A stretch of 27,737 bases of DNA, taken from positions 1-27,737 of the forward strand of contig JAQCIU010000040.1 of the NCBI GenBank assembly GCA_027593235.1, read 5' to 3'. The stretch is from Chloroflexota bacterium (GTDB lineage Bacteria > Chloroflexota > Dehalococcoidia > UBA2979). The translations under genes were made by a program, and so were the position numbers. Position 1 is the stretch's first letter. Every line of letters starts with the position of its first letter. Of this stretch, positions 1-7,428 are shown piece by piece. The notes under the pieces are model-generated. The model ran no database searches. It saw nothing but the letters and a program-made list of their open reading frames with translations, and had not been told where the DNA came from.

Positions 1-1
1 C

Positions 2-592
2 GCCGCCGGACCTCGGATGCTGCGCGCGGCAGGGCGGGTTGCCGACGGCGTCTTCATCCGCGCCGGCCGCAACGCGGCCGTCCTGCACGCCGCCGTCGCC
101 GCGGTGCACGCCGGCGCCGCGGAAGCGGGGCGCGATCCGGCCTCGATCGGGCTCGGCCTCGTGCTCCACACCATCCTCGAGGACGACACCGAGCGCGCGC
201 TGCTGATCGGGAAGTCGATGGCTGCTGGCTTCTACGAGTACTCGCCGCACCTCTTCGACGCCGCCGGGATCGAGTGGAGTGGTCCCGACGTGCACACGCT
301 CCAGGCCCAGGTGCACCCGGACTTCCACCACCACCCCGATCTGGTCGAGTCGGGCCGCCTCGTCGATTTCTTGCCGGCCACCGCCGCGGACGCCTTCACC
401 GCGCGTGGCGCCGCCTCGGACGTGGCGAGTCAGCTCATCGAGGTGCTGTCGCTGGGGATCCCGTTCGAGATCGTCGTGCCGCACCCGGTCCCGAACCCAC
501 CGCCGCCCGGCGCGTCCTCGCAAGCGACGTACATGGAGCGGATGGCGCGCGAGGTCTTCCCGCTGGTGCGCGCGGCACTCGGCTCGGCGTGA
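2..592 (+). CDS. LLM-class flavin/F420-dependent oxidoreductase (5'-truncated by window edge)
   Basis: The frame is open from base 2 and reads AAGPRMLRAAGRVADGV, the typical luciferase-like monooxygenase motif. The C-terminus MERMAREVFPLVR is also typical. Confidence 0.85.
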   Translation, partial: AAGPRMLRAAGRVADGVFIRAGRNAAVLHAAVAAVHAGAAEAGRDPASIGLGLVLHTILEDDTERALLIGKSMAAGFYEYSPHLFDAAGIEWSGPDVHTLQAQVHPDFHHHPDLVESGRLVDFLPATAADAFTARGAASDVASQLIEVLSLGIPFEIVVPHPVPNPPPPGASSQATYMERMAREVFPLVRAALGSA

Positions 593-705
593 CGCGCGGT
601 GTGGTTGCCGGGATCGAGAGCGCGCGAGTGCTCGTCACGGACATGCTGCTGCGTGGGCGGAGGTATCGCCCTCGGCCTCTGCCGCCCGCCGGTGACCAGC
701 AGGCC

Positions 706-714
706 TGCTAACGT
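706..714 (+). promoter_or_regulatory. Putative extended -10 promoter (TGcTAACGT) for the rhodanese gene
   Basis: TGn-TAnnnT about 25 nt upstream of ATG 739, with a GGAGG RBS in between. Confidence 0.4.
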
Positions 715-738
715 TCCCGCATCGATGGAGGCGCCCCA

Positions 739-1569
739 ATGGCAAACGCGACTGAGTCACAACATCCGCTGCTCGTCACCACCGAATGGCTGGCCGGGCA
801 GATCGACAGCCCGCCCTTCGTGCTCATCGATTGCAGCGATCCGGACGCGTATCGCCGGGCACACATCCCAGGCGCGGTTTCGATCGGTCCCACCCCGACG
901 CTGAAGAGCGCCGCCAACTCCCGACTGGTGATGGAGGCCGACCATTTCGAACCGCTGATGCGGCGCCTCGGCATCTCGAATGACACCCCGGTGATCGTCT
1001 ACGACGACAACTCGTCGCTGCAGGCCGCCCGCGTCTGGTGGGTATTCGAGCGCTTCGGACATCGCGACGTGCGCGTCCTCGATGGTGGCTTCAACGCCTG
1101 GCTGGCCGAGGGACGGCCGCTGACCTCGCGCGCCCCGCGCCCCGAGCCCGGCACCTTCACCGCCAGCATCGACGAGTCGCACCACTGCCGGCTCGAGGAC
1201 ATGCGCGCCCTCGTCGACGGCGGCGGCACACAGATCTGGGATGTGCGCTCGCAAGGCGAGTGGCTGGGCGAGAACGATCGAGGGAACAAGCGGGCGGGCC
1301 ACGTGCCCGGTGCGGTGTGGCTCGAGTGGACCGCACTCCTCGAGGGCCCGCCGATCGGCCGCTTCCGCCCGCTCGACGAAATTCGCCAGATCCTCGCTGC
1401 CGCGGGCATCAACCCCGAGGCCGAGACGGTCACCTACTGACAGGGTGGCATTCGCGCGGCGGTCGCCGCGTTCATCCTTCGACTGCTGGGGAACGACAAC
1501 GTCCGCAACTTCGACGGCTCGATGGGACTGTGGGCCAACCTCGACGACACGCCGCTCACCCTGGAGTGA
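739..1569 (+). CDS. Tandem-domain rhodanese/3-mercaptopyruvate sulfurtransferase (SseA-like), selenocysteine at codon 234 (TGA 1438-1440), 276 aa
   Basis: Motifs YRRAHIPGAV, LDGGFNAW, DVRS..EW and GHVPGA are present. Reading through the TGA gives VTY-U-QGGIRAA (active-site loop, normally YCxxGxRA), then NVRNFDGSMGLWAN (rhodanese C-terminal signature) to TGA 1567-1569. Confidence 0.9.
1442..1478 (+). promoter_or_regulatory. Candidate bacterial SECIS hairpin
   Basis: Lower stem AGGGTG(1442-47)/CATCCT(1473-78), upper stem CGCGGC(1455-60)/GCCGCG(1465-70), apical loop GGTC starting 21 nt after the UGA. Confidence 0.7.
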
Positions 1570-1629
1570 CGGGCGGGGCGGGTTCCACGTAGGCCACCCC
1601 TGGTCAGACTCTGAGCGACCAGACACGAA

Positions 1630-1654
1630 AACGGCGGGCTACTGGCCCGCCGTT
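1630..1654. terminator. Bidirectional intrinsic terminator between rhodanese and the tRNA cluster
   Basis: Perfect 10-bp inverted repeat AACGGCGGGC-tactg-GCCCGCCGTT between convergent units, with a T-tract on the minus strand. Confidence 0.75.
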
Positions 1655-1667
1655 GTTGCGATTCATC

Positions 1668-1742
1668 TGGAGCGGAAGACGAGATTCGAACTCGCGACCC
1701 TCTCCTTGGCAAGGAGATGCTCTACCACTGAGCTACTTCCGC
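1668..1742 (-). tRNA. tRNA-Gly(GCC)
   Basis: Reverse complement GCGGAAGTAGCTCAGTGGTAGAGCATCTCCTTGCCAAGGAGAGGGTCGCGAGTTCGAATCTCGTCTTCCGCTCCA; anticodon GCC; encoded CCA. Confidence 0.97.
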
Positions 1743-1771
1743 CCGGTCAAACCACCCCCTGAGGGATTGGA

Positions 1772-1858
1772 TGGTGCCCAGGATGAGACTCGAACTCATA
1801 CGCCCTTGCGAGCACTGCCCCCTCAAGACAGCGTGTCTGCCAATTCCACCACCTGGGC
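1772..1858 (-). tRNA. tRNA-Leu(GAG)
   Basis: Reverse complement GCCCAGGTGGTGGAATTGGCAGACACGCTGTCTTGAGGGGGCAG...GTTCGAGTCTCATCCTGGGCACCA; long variable arm; anticodon GAG. Confidence 0.97.
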
Positions 1859-1889
1859 CCGCGCCGTGCTGACAGGGTTGAGGCTGCAG

Positions 1890-1965
1890 TGGCAGGAGTG
1901 GAGGGACTCGAACCCCCGGCCCGCGGTTTTGGAGACCGCTGCTCTACCAACTGAGCTACACTCCT
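1890..1965 (-). tRNA. tRNA-Trp(CCA)
   Basis: Reverse complement AGGAGTGTAGCTCAGTTGGTAGAGCAGCGGTCTCCAAAACCGCGGGCCGGGGGTTCGAGTCCCTCCACTCCTGCCA; anticodon CCA. Confidence 0.97.
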
Positions 1966-1978
1966 TCGGCGAGCGCTC

Positions 1979-1987
1979 AGTGTAGCA
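1979..1987 (-). promoter_or_regulatory. Putative extended -10 promoter (TGcTACACT) for the Trp-Leu-Gly tRNA operon
   Basis: TGn-TACACT 13 nt upstream of the tRNA-Trp 5' end. Confidence 0.55.
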
Positions 1988-2024
1988 ATCAGCACCCCCC
2001 GATCAATCCCGAGCGATCCCGTCC

Positions 2025-2783
2025 TTACCCTTGGTGCGCCGCGCCACGACCCGCACGTCCCACCCGCCGGCGGATCGAGATCAGTTCCGCGATCACCCGC
2101 AACGCCGCCAACGGACCCACCCGGATGTGCGATCCGCCCACGTGCTGCCACTCCACCGGGAACTCCTCGACGACGAATCCCTCCCGCCGCGCCCGCGCCA
2201 GCAGCTCGACGTCGAAGGCCCAGCCCGAGGTCCGCACCGCCGGAAACAGCCGCTCAGCGGCGGCGCGGCTGAACAGCTTGAACGGGCACTGCGTGTCCCG
2301 GTACGGCAGCCCCACGATCACCCGCTGCAGCAGCGCGAACACGCGCCCGGAGAGCTGGCGCCGCAGCGGTTGCGTCCGCCGCGCGTCGCGGCCGTCCGAG
2401 GTCACGCGCGACCCGATCGCGACATCCGCACCGCCCTCGATCGCCGCGACCGCACGCGGAATGGCGTCCGGGGGAGCGGAGAGGTCGGCATCGAGGAAGA
2501 TGACATAATCACCGCGCGCTTCGGCGACCCCGGCACGCACCGCCGCACCCTTGCCACGATTGGTCGGTAGCGCGACCACGCGGATCGCCGTGCCCTTGGA
2601 TGCGACATAAGTATCGACGAGTTCGGGCGTCCCGTCGGTGCTCCCATCGTCGACCACCACGATCTCGAGGACGCCCAGACTCGGCGCTACGTGACGTAAC
2701 CGATCCAGCGATTGGGAGATGCGGTTGGCCTCGTTGAAGGCTGGGATGACCACCGTCACGCGTCCGGACGGTGGGGCGGTCAC
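2025..2783 (-). CDS. Glycosyltransferase family 2, dolichyl/polyprenyl-phosphate glycosyltransferase-like (~252 aa)
   Basis: Motifs VVIPAFNE, VVDDGSTD, NRGKGAAV, FLDADLS, DTQCPFKLF and WAFDVELL. The likely start GTG 2783 overlaps the GtrA stop (GTGA); the upstream part of the 451-aa ORF is a shadow of GtrA. Confidence 0.9.
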   Translation of the reverse strand: MTAPPSGRVTVVIPAFNEANRISQSLDRLRHVAPSLGVLEIVVVDDGSTDGTPELVDTYVASKGTAIRVVALPTNRGKGAAVRAGVAEARGDYVIFLDADLSAPPDAIPRAVAAIEGGADVAIGSRVTSDGRDARRTQPLRRQLSGRVFALLQRVIVGLPYRDTQCPFKLFSRAAAERLFPAVRTSGWAFDVELLARARREGFVVEEFPVEWQHVGGSHIRVGPLAALRVIAELISIRRRVGRAGRGAAHQG

Positions 2784-3211
2784 GGACGCTGGAACGCAAA
2801 CTGGCGATACCCGACGTAGTTCCAGAGCATCGAGACGCTCAGCGCGCCTGCCTTCGTCATGTTCAGCGCGACAAAGGTGTCCGGCGACAGCAACGATCGG
2901 AGCGCGAGCAACGCCGTGTTGTGAATCAGCACGCCCGCCAGCGCGATTGCGAAGTACCGGGTCAACGCCCGGTTGTCCCGCGGCGCCCGAAAGGTGAAGC
3001 GCGCGTTGAGCTGGTAGCTCGTATAGGTCGCCACCATGAACCCCGAACTGGCGGCGATCAGCAGGTGAGCGGTCGTCGGTTCGTATTCGCCGAGAAGCCC
3101 GAGGTTGAACAACCCGAAGTCGACGATCGTCGCGATGATCCCGACGAGCCCGAAGCGCACGTAGGAGGGAGCGATGCGGAGCCGCTGATCGATACTGACG
3201 AGGGTCGACAT
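2780..3211 (-). CDS. GtrA family membrane protein (lipid-linked sugar translocase-like)
   Basis: Four hydrophobic segments; RFGLVGIIATIVDFGLF, SYQLNARFTF and WNYVGYRQFAF are GtrA signatures. Confidence 0.9.
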   Translation of the reverse strand: MSTLVSIDQRLRIAPSYVRFGLVGIIATIVDFGLFNLGLLGEYEPTTAHLLIAASSGFMVATYTSYQLNARFTFRAPRDNRALTRYFAIALAGVLIHNTALLALRSLLSPDTFVALNMTKAGALSVSMLWNYVGYRQFAFQRP

Positions 3212-3219
3212 GGCGGCTA

Positions 3220-4116
3220 TTAGGTGTCCTGGCGCTGATCCTTGAGGAACCGCTCCAGATCAGTGAGCAGATCCTCGGCCGATGGCAGCTCCTGGGCGCG
3301 AGCCTCTCGTGGAGCCGGCAGCGGCGGCTGGTTGGTGTCGAACTGTTCCTCGAGTTGCCGCACGTATGCCGTGGCCTCATCTGAGTCCGCCAGCACGGAT
3401 TGCACCTGATCCTCGAACTGTTCGGCCTCTTCGCGCAGTGACGTCAGGTCGGTTGTGGTCCCGAATCCGCGATCGAGCAGCTCGATCAGCGAAATGGCCA
3501 CGTTTGGGTTCGGTCCCACGGAGATGTAGTGCGGCACCATCGCCCACAGCGACGCGTTACGCCAGCCACGCGCGCGCAGGCCGAGGTTGAGCACGCCGAC
3601 GATGCCAGTCTGCCCTTGGTACCGCGACGCGGGCGCACGGAGCCCGAACAGCTCCTCGAACGAGCTATCCGAGGCCGACAGCGACACCGGCACCGGACGC
3701 GTGTGCGGGACACCCGAGGGCTGCGCGCCCAGCGTGATGCTCATCGTCGATCCCACCGCCTCGGCCAGCTCGGCGATCACCGCGGTGAACCGGCGCCAGC
3801 GCAGGTGTGGCTCAATGCCGCTGAGCAGCACGAAGTCGCGCGTCGCGCCGGGCGGCCGTGCGACATAAAAGCGATTCTCCGGCCACTGGATCTCTCGCTC
3901 GCCGTCGACGAGCGCCACGCGCGGACGCTGAACCGTGAAGTCGAAGAACGGCTCCGGATCGATTTCCGCCAGTGGTTCGGCGCCCCAGACATCGATCAGG
4001 TGGTCGATTGCCACCTGTGCGGCGCCGGAACCGTCGGTGAAACCGCTCAACGACCCGATCAGGACTGGGTCGTCCAGGCGCTTGATGTCGCTGAGCTGGC
4101 GTAGCGCTTCGTCCAT
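3220..4116 (-). CDS. PAC2 family protein (proteasome assembly chaperone-like)
   Basis: DPEPFFDFTVQRP, GIEPHLRW, VPHTRP, YQGQTGIVGVL, LWAMVPHY and YVRQLEEQFD match actinobacterial-type PAC2 proteins. Confidence 0.88.
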   Translation of the reverse strand: MDEALRQLSDIKRLDDPVLIGSLSGFTDGSGAAQVAIDHLIDVWGAEPLAEIDPEPFFDFTVQRPRVALVDGEREIQWPENRFYVARPPGATRDFVLLSGIEPHLRWRRFTAVIAELAEAVGSTMSITLGAQPSGVPHTRPVPVSLSASDSSFEELFGLRAPASRYQGQTGIVGVLNLGLRARGWRNASLWAMVPHYISVGPNPNVAISLIELLDRGFGTTTDLTSLREEAEQFEDQVQSVLADSDEATAYVRQLEEQFDTNQPPLPAPREARAQELPSAEDLLTDLERFLKDQRQDT

Positions 4117-4183
4117 GACGTGCGCTTCCTCTTCTCCGCGCGGACGGCGAAGCTGCCGGTCCGCCTCTCGAAACCGATCGGGA

Positions 4184-5032
4184 TCAGATCTGAGAGTAGC
4201 CGGAACCTGTGCGATCGATCCCGGTGCCCTTGCCGTTCTCGATCCAGCCGAACTCCTGCAGGATCTGCTGGCTGTAGGTCACGCGCCCGCTCACGCGCTC
4301 CGCGCCCTCGGTCGCGAGCAGCAGCGTCGCCCGTGCCATGAACTCCGGCGCCTCGCCACGCGGGTCCTCGAGGCCGTCGACCAGCTTGTGGAAGACGGTC
4401 CCCGGCGTCGGTACGACCTGCGAGGGCGACAGCGCCGACACCGCGATGTTGTACGCCGAGACTTCCTGCGCGAGGCCCTGCGACATGCGCTCCAGCGCCG
4501 CCTTGGAAGCCCCGTACATCGTCCCACCACGCACGGCCTGGTCCTCGTACGGCCCGCGACCCGGGCCGATCGCCGCGCCCGAGGAGATGTTGACGATCGC
4601 GCCGCTGCGGCGCTCCATCATCTCCGGCAGCACCAGCTTTGACAGGATGAACGGGCCGTGCACGTTCACCGCGAACGATCGCACCCAGCGGCTCGTCGGG
4701 TAGTCCACGATCGGGATGTAGTAGTTCAGCGCCGCGTTGTTCACCAGCACGTCGACGGGACCAAAGATCTCGCGTGCGGTGTCGATCAGGTGGACGCATT
4801 CGTCCTCCTCCGACACGTTCGCCTGCACCATCGCCGCTTCGCCGCCGGCCGCCTTGATGTTCTCCACCGTGCGGTTCAGCGATCCCTCAAGCTGCCGGTG
4901 ATCGCCCTCGGCGATCGTGCGCGCCGCGCAGATCACCTTCGCGCCCTCCGAGGCGAACAGCTCCGCAATCGCCTGGCCGATGCCGCGGCTCGCGCCCGTG
5001 ACCACCGCCACCTTGCCGTCGAGCTTGCCCAT
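4184..5032 (-). CDS. SDR family NAD(P)-dependent oxidoreductase
   Basis: TGASRGIG, NNAA, NISS and YGASK motifs. Confidence 0.93.
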   Translation of the reverse strand: MGKLDGKVAVVTGASRGIGQAIAELFASEGAKVICAARTIAEGDHRQLEGSLNRTVENIKAAGGEAAMVQANVSEEDECVHLIDTAREIFGPVDVLVNNAALNYYIPIVDYPTSRWVRSFAVNVHGPFILSKLVLPEMMERRSGAIVNISSGAAIGPGRGPYEDQAVRGGTMYGASKAALERMSQGLAQEVSAYNIAVSALSPSQVVPTPGTVFHKLVDGLEDPRGEAPEFMARATLLLATEGAERVSGRVTYSQQILQEFGWIENGKGTGIDRTGSGYSQI

Positions 5033-5174
5033 TGTTCCCCCAGAGCGCGTTCACAGAGCCAATCAACGTGGGCCGAAGTGTAGGCGAACGCTCCCCTGTG
5101 TGCCCGAGCCAGCGGGCCTGAACCCGTATGATGCGGGGCGACCAAGACGGACCGATGACGGCGGGAGCAGTTCG

Positions 5175-6833
5175 ATGCAGATGACCGGCGGACAAGCCCT
5201 GGTGCAGTCGCTGAAGATCGAGGGCCTTGAGACGATCTTCGCGCTCCCGGGTATCCAGCTCGACTACGCGATCGACGCGTTCTGGGAAGAGCGCGACGCG
5301 ATCCGGATGATCCACCCGCGGCACGAACAGGCCACCGCGTACATGGCGGATGGCTTCGCCCGCACCACCGGCAAGATCGGGACCTGCCTCGTCGTCCCGG
5401 GCCCCGGCCTGCTCAATGCCGCCGCTGGCCTGAGCACCGCCTACGCCTGCAGCTCACCCGTCCTCTGCGTCACCGGCCAGATCGCCTCGAACCAGATCGG
5501 CAAGGGCCTCGGCGCCCTCCACGAGATCAACAACCAGCTCGAAACCATCTCCTCCGTCGTGAAATCCGCCGAGCGCGCGATGACCCCCGAGGAGATCCCG
5601 GGCATGGTCCGTCGCGCCTTCCAGGCGTTGCGCACCGGTCGCCCGCGCCCGGTCGAGATCGAGGTCCCGCCGGACGTCCTCGAGCGTGTCGCCGACATCA
5701 CGCTGCTTGAGCCCGACACCTCCGATCGATCCGAGGCGTCGCCCGGCGATCCGGATCTCCTCGCGCAGGCGGCCGCCATCCTCGGCAAGGCCGAGCGCCC
5801 GGTGATCTGGTCCGGCGGCGGCGTGCTCTCCGCCGGCGCCTGGGAGGAACTGCGCGAGCTGTCGCGCATCCTCGAGGCCCCCGTCGTCATGTCCGGCAAC
5901 GGCCGCGGCGCCGTCTCCGATCGCGACTACCGAGGTCTCACCGGCTTCCTGCCGACCCAGGAGCTGTTCGGCAGTGCGGACGCCGTCCTGATCGTCGGCT
6001 CGCGCTTCTTCCTCAACCCGCGGTTCGCCGTCTCGCTCCCGCCGGAGTTGCCGGTGATCCAGATCGACGTCGACCCCGATCAGATCGGCAAGACCGTCAC
6101 CCCGCACATCGGCATCGAGGCCGACGCCAAGTCCGCGCTCGGCCAGCTCGTGAACCTCGTGCCGTCCTCGAACCGGGCGCGCAGCTCCCGCGAGGCGGAA
6201 CTGACCGCGCTCAAGGAGCGCGCGCGCCAGGGCAACGCCCAGGCGGAGATGCAGGCGGCCTACGCCCTCACCATCCGCGAGGAGTTGCCCGACGACGGCA
6301 TCCTCGTCAGCGAGAGCACGCAGGTCGGGTACTGGGCGCAGATGGGCGGCTACCCCGTCTACGAGCCGCGCACCATGCTCACCTCGGGCTACCAGGGCAC
6401 GCTCGGCTACGGCTTCGCCACCGCGCTTGGCGCGCAGGTCGGCAACCCGGACAAGAAGGTCGTCTCCATCAACGGCGATGGCGGCTTCTTCTACAACGTC
6501 CAGGAACTCTCCACCCAGGCGCAGCAGCAGATCCCGCTCGTCACCGTCGTTTTCAACGACAACGGCTACGGCAACGTCCGCCGCATGCAGGTCCTGAAGT
6601 ACAACGGCCACAAGATCGCCACCGACCTGCAGAACCCGGACATGGTGAAGATGGCAGAGTCCTTCGGCGTCGCCGGCTTCCGCGCCGACACCCCCGAATC
6701 CTTCCGAGGCGTGCTCCGCGAAGCCCTCGCCAGCAACGCCCCGGCGCTCATCGAGGTACCTGTCCCGCCCGCCGAGGAGATCGGCACCTTCCCCATGGTC
6801 CAGGACGCACCTCGCCCGGTGCTCAACCTCTAG
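5175..6833 (+). CDS. Thiamine pyrophosphate-dependent enzyme (acetolactate synthase large subunit-like)
   Basis: Motifs RHEQATAYMADGFAR, PGPG and GDGGF...VVFND (ThDP binding). Start placed at ATG 5175 after a GGGAG RBS. Confidence 0.92.
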   Translation: MQMTGGQALVQSLKIEGLETIFALPGIQLDYAIDAFWEERDAIRMIHPRHEQATAYMADGFARTTGKIGTCLVVPGPGLLNAAAGLSTAYACSSPVLCVTGQIASNQIGKGLGALHEINNQLETISSVVKSAERAMTPEEIPGMVRRAFQALRTGRPRPVEIEVPPDVLERVADITLLEPDTSDRSEASPGDPDLLAQAAAILGKAERPVIWSGGGVLSAGAWEELRELSRILEAPVVMSGNGRGAVSDRDYRGLTGFLPTQELFGSADAVLIVGSRFFLNPRFAVSLPPELPVIQIDVDPDQIGKTVTPHIGIEADAKSALGQLVNLVPSSNRARSSREAELTALKERARQGNAQAEMQAAYALTIREELPDDGILVSESTQVGYWAQMGGYPVYEPRTMLTSGYQGTLGYGFATALGAQVGNPDKKVVSINGDGGFFYNVQELSTQAQQQIPLVTVVFNDNGYGNVRRMQVLKYNGHKIATDLQNPDMVKMAESFGVAGFRADTPESFRGVLREALASNAPALIEVPVPPAEEIGTFPMVQDAPRPVLNL

Positions 6834-7241
6834 GGAAGGCGCACCCGATCTCGCGAGGACAGCCCCGGACGTCCGAGTGACCCGACGTCGTCCGACGAAA
6901 GGCACTCGGCGCCGCGGCCACCGATTGGCAGCTCGGTTTGCCGATTCGGCCAGTGCCACCAGATCCTCGGTGCCGCGGCGTAACAGCTCTCGTGCCCGGC
7001 TCGTGGTTCCGGGCCTCCCGACAGGCGCTGACAGGCACGCTGTCTCTCCACGTTCGTCGCGCGAGCTGGGATGCCTTCGGCCGCACCGTGCTCGGAACGC
7101 GCCGTCGAACACGCGCCACCGGGCTGGTCTCCACCTGCAGCCGGGACTGGAACCGGCTGGGCGCCAGATGCGCGCGGCATCGGACGAGGTCGCGCGCCGC
7201 GTCGGCTAGCGCGAGTGGTTCATTGGGGGAGGGCGAGGAAG

Positions 7242-7315
7242 TGGCTGGGGATCAGGGATTCGAACCCCGACTGACGGATCCAGAATCCGCTGTCCTACCA
7301 TTAGACGAATCCCCA
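7242..7315 (-). tRNA. tRNA-Gln(CTG)
   Basis: Reverse complement TGGGGATTCGTCTAATGGTAGGACAGCGGATTCTGGATCCGTCAGTCGGGGTTCGAATCCCTGATCCCCAGCCA; anticodon CTG. Confidence 0.96.
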
Positions 7316-7428
7316 GCGGAAAAAACAGCCTAGCAAGCAGCCGCCCGAGCGTCACGAGGGTCATCCCCGAGTCAGTGTGCTTCCGGATTCCGAGGGCGCG
7401 CCCGTCCACGGTGCGCGACGGACGCGGC

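Noticed and set aside
739-1440. Rhodanese as a truncated 233-aa protein or simple pseudogene
   Set aside because: The single stop falls exactly on the catalytic Cys codon, the downstream frame is intact, and a SECIS-like hairpin follows. Sec explains this better.
1890-1965. tRNA-Trp as a UGA suppressor or tRNA-Sec near the Sec-rhodanese
   Set aside because: It has a CCA anticodon, an ordinary C11-G24 D-stem and a 5-bp anticodon stem, with no long variable arm. None of the six tRNAs has a TCA anticodon.
2784-3380. N-terminal 199 aa of the 451-aa GT2 ORF
   Set aside because: Arg-rich off-frame shadow of GtrA and PAC2; GT2 similarity starts only at about 2783.
5454-7112. Long antisense ORFs (e.g. 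5454-7112, 7375-8652, 14190-15248, 14788-16044, 24448-25740)
   Set aside because: These are typical high-GC antisense shadows of well-supported genes and show no recognisable motifs.
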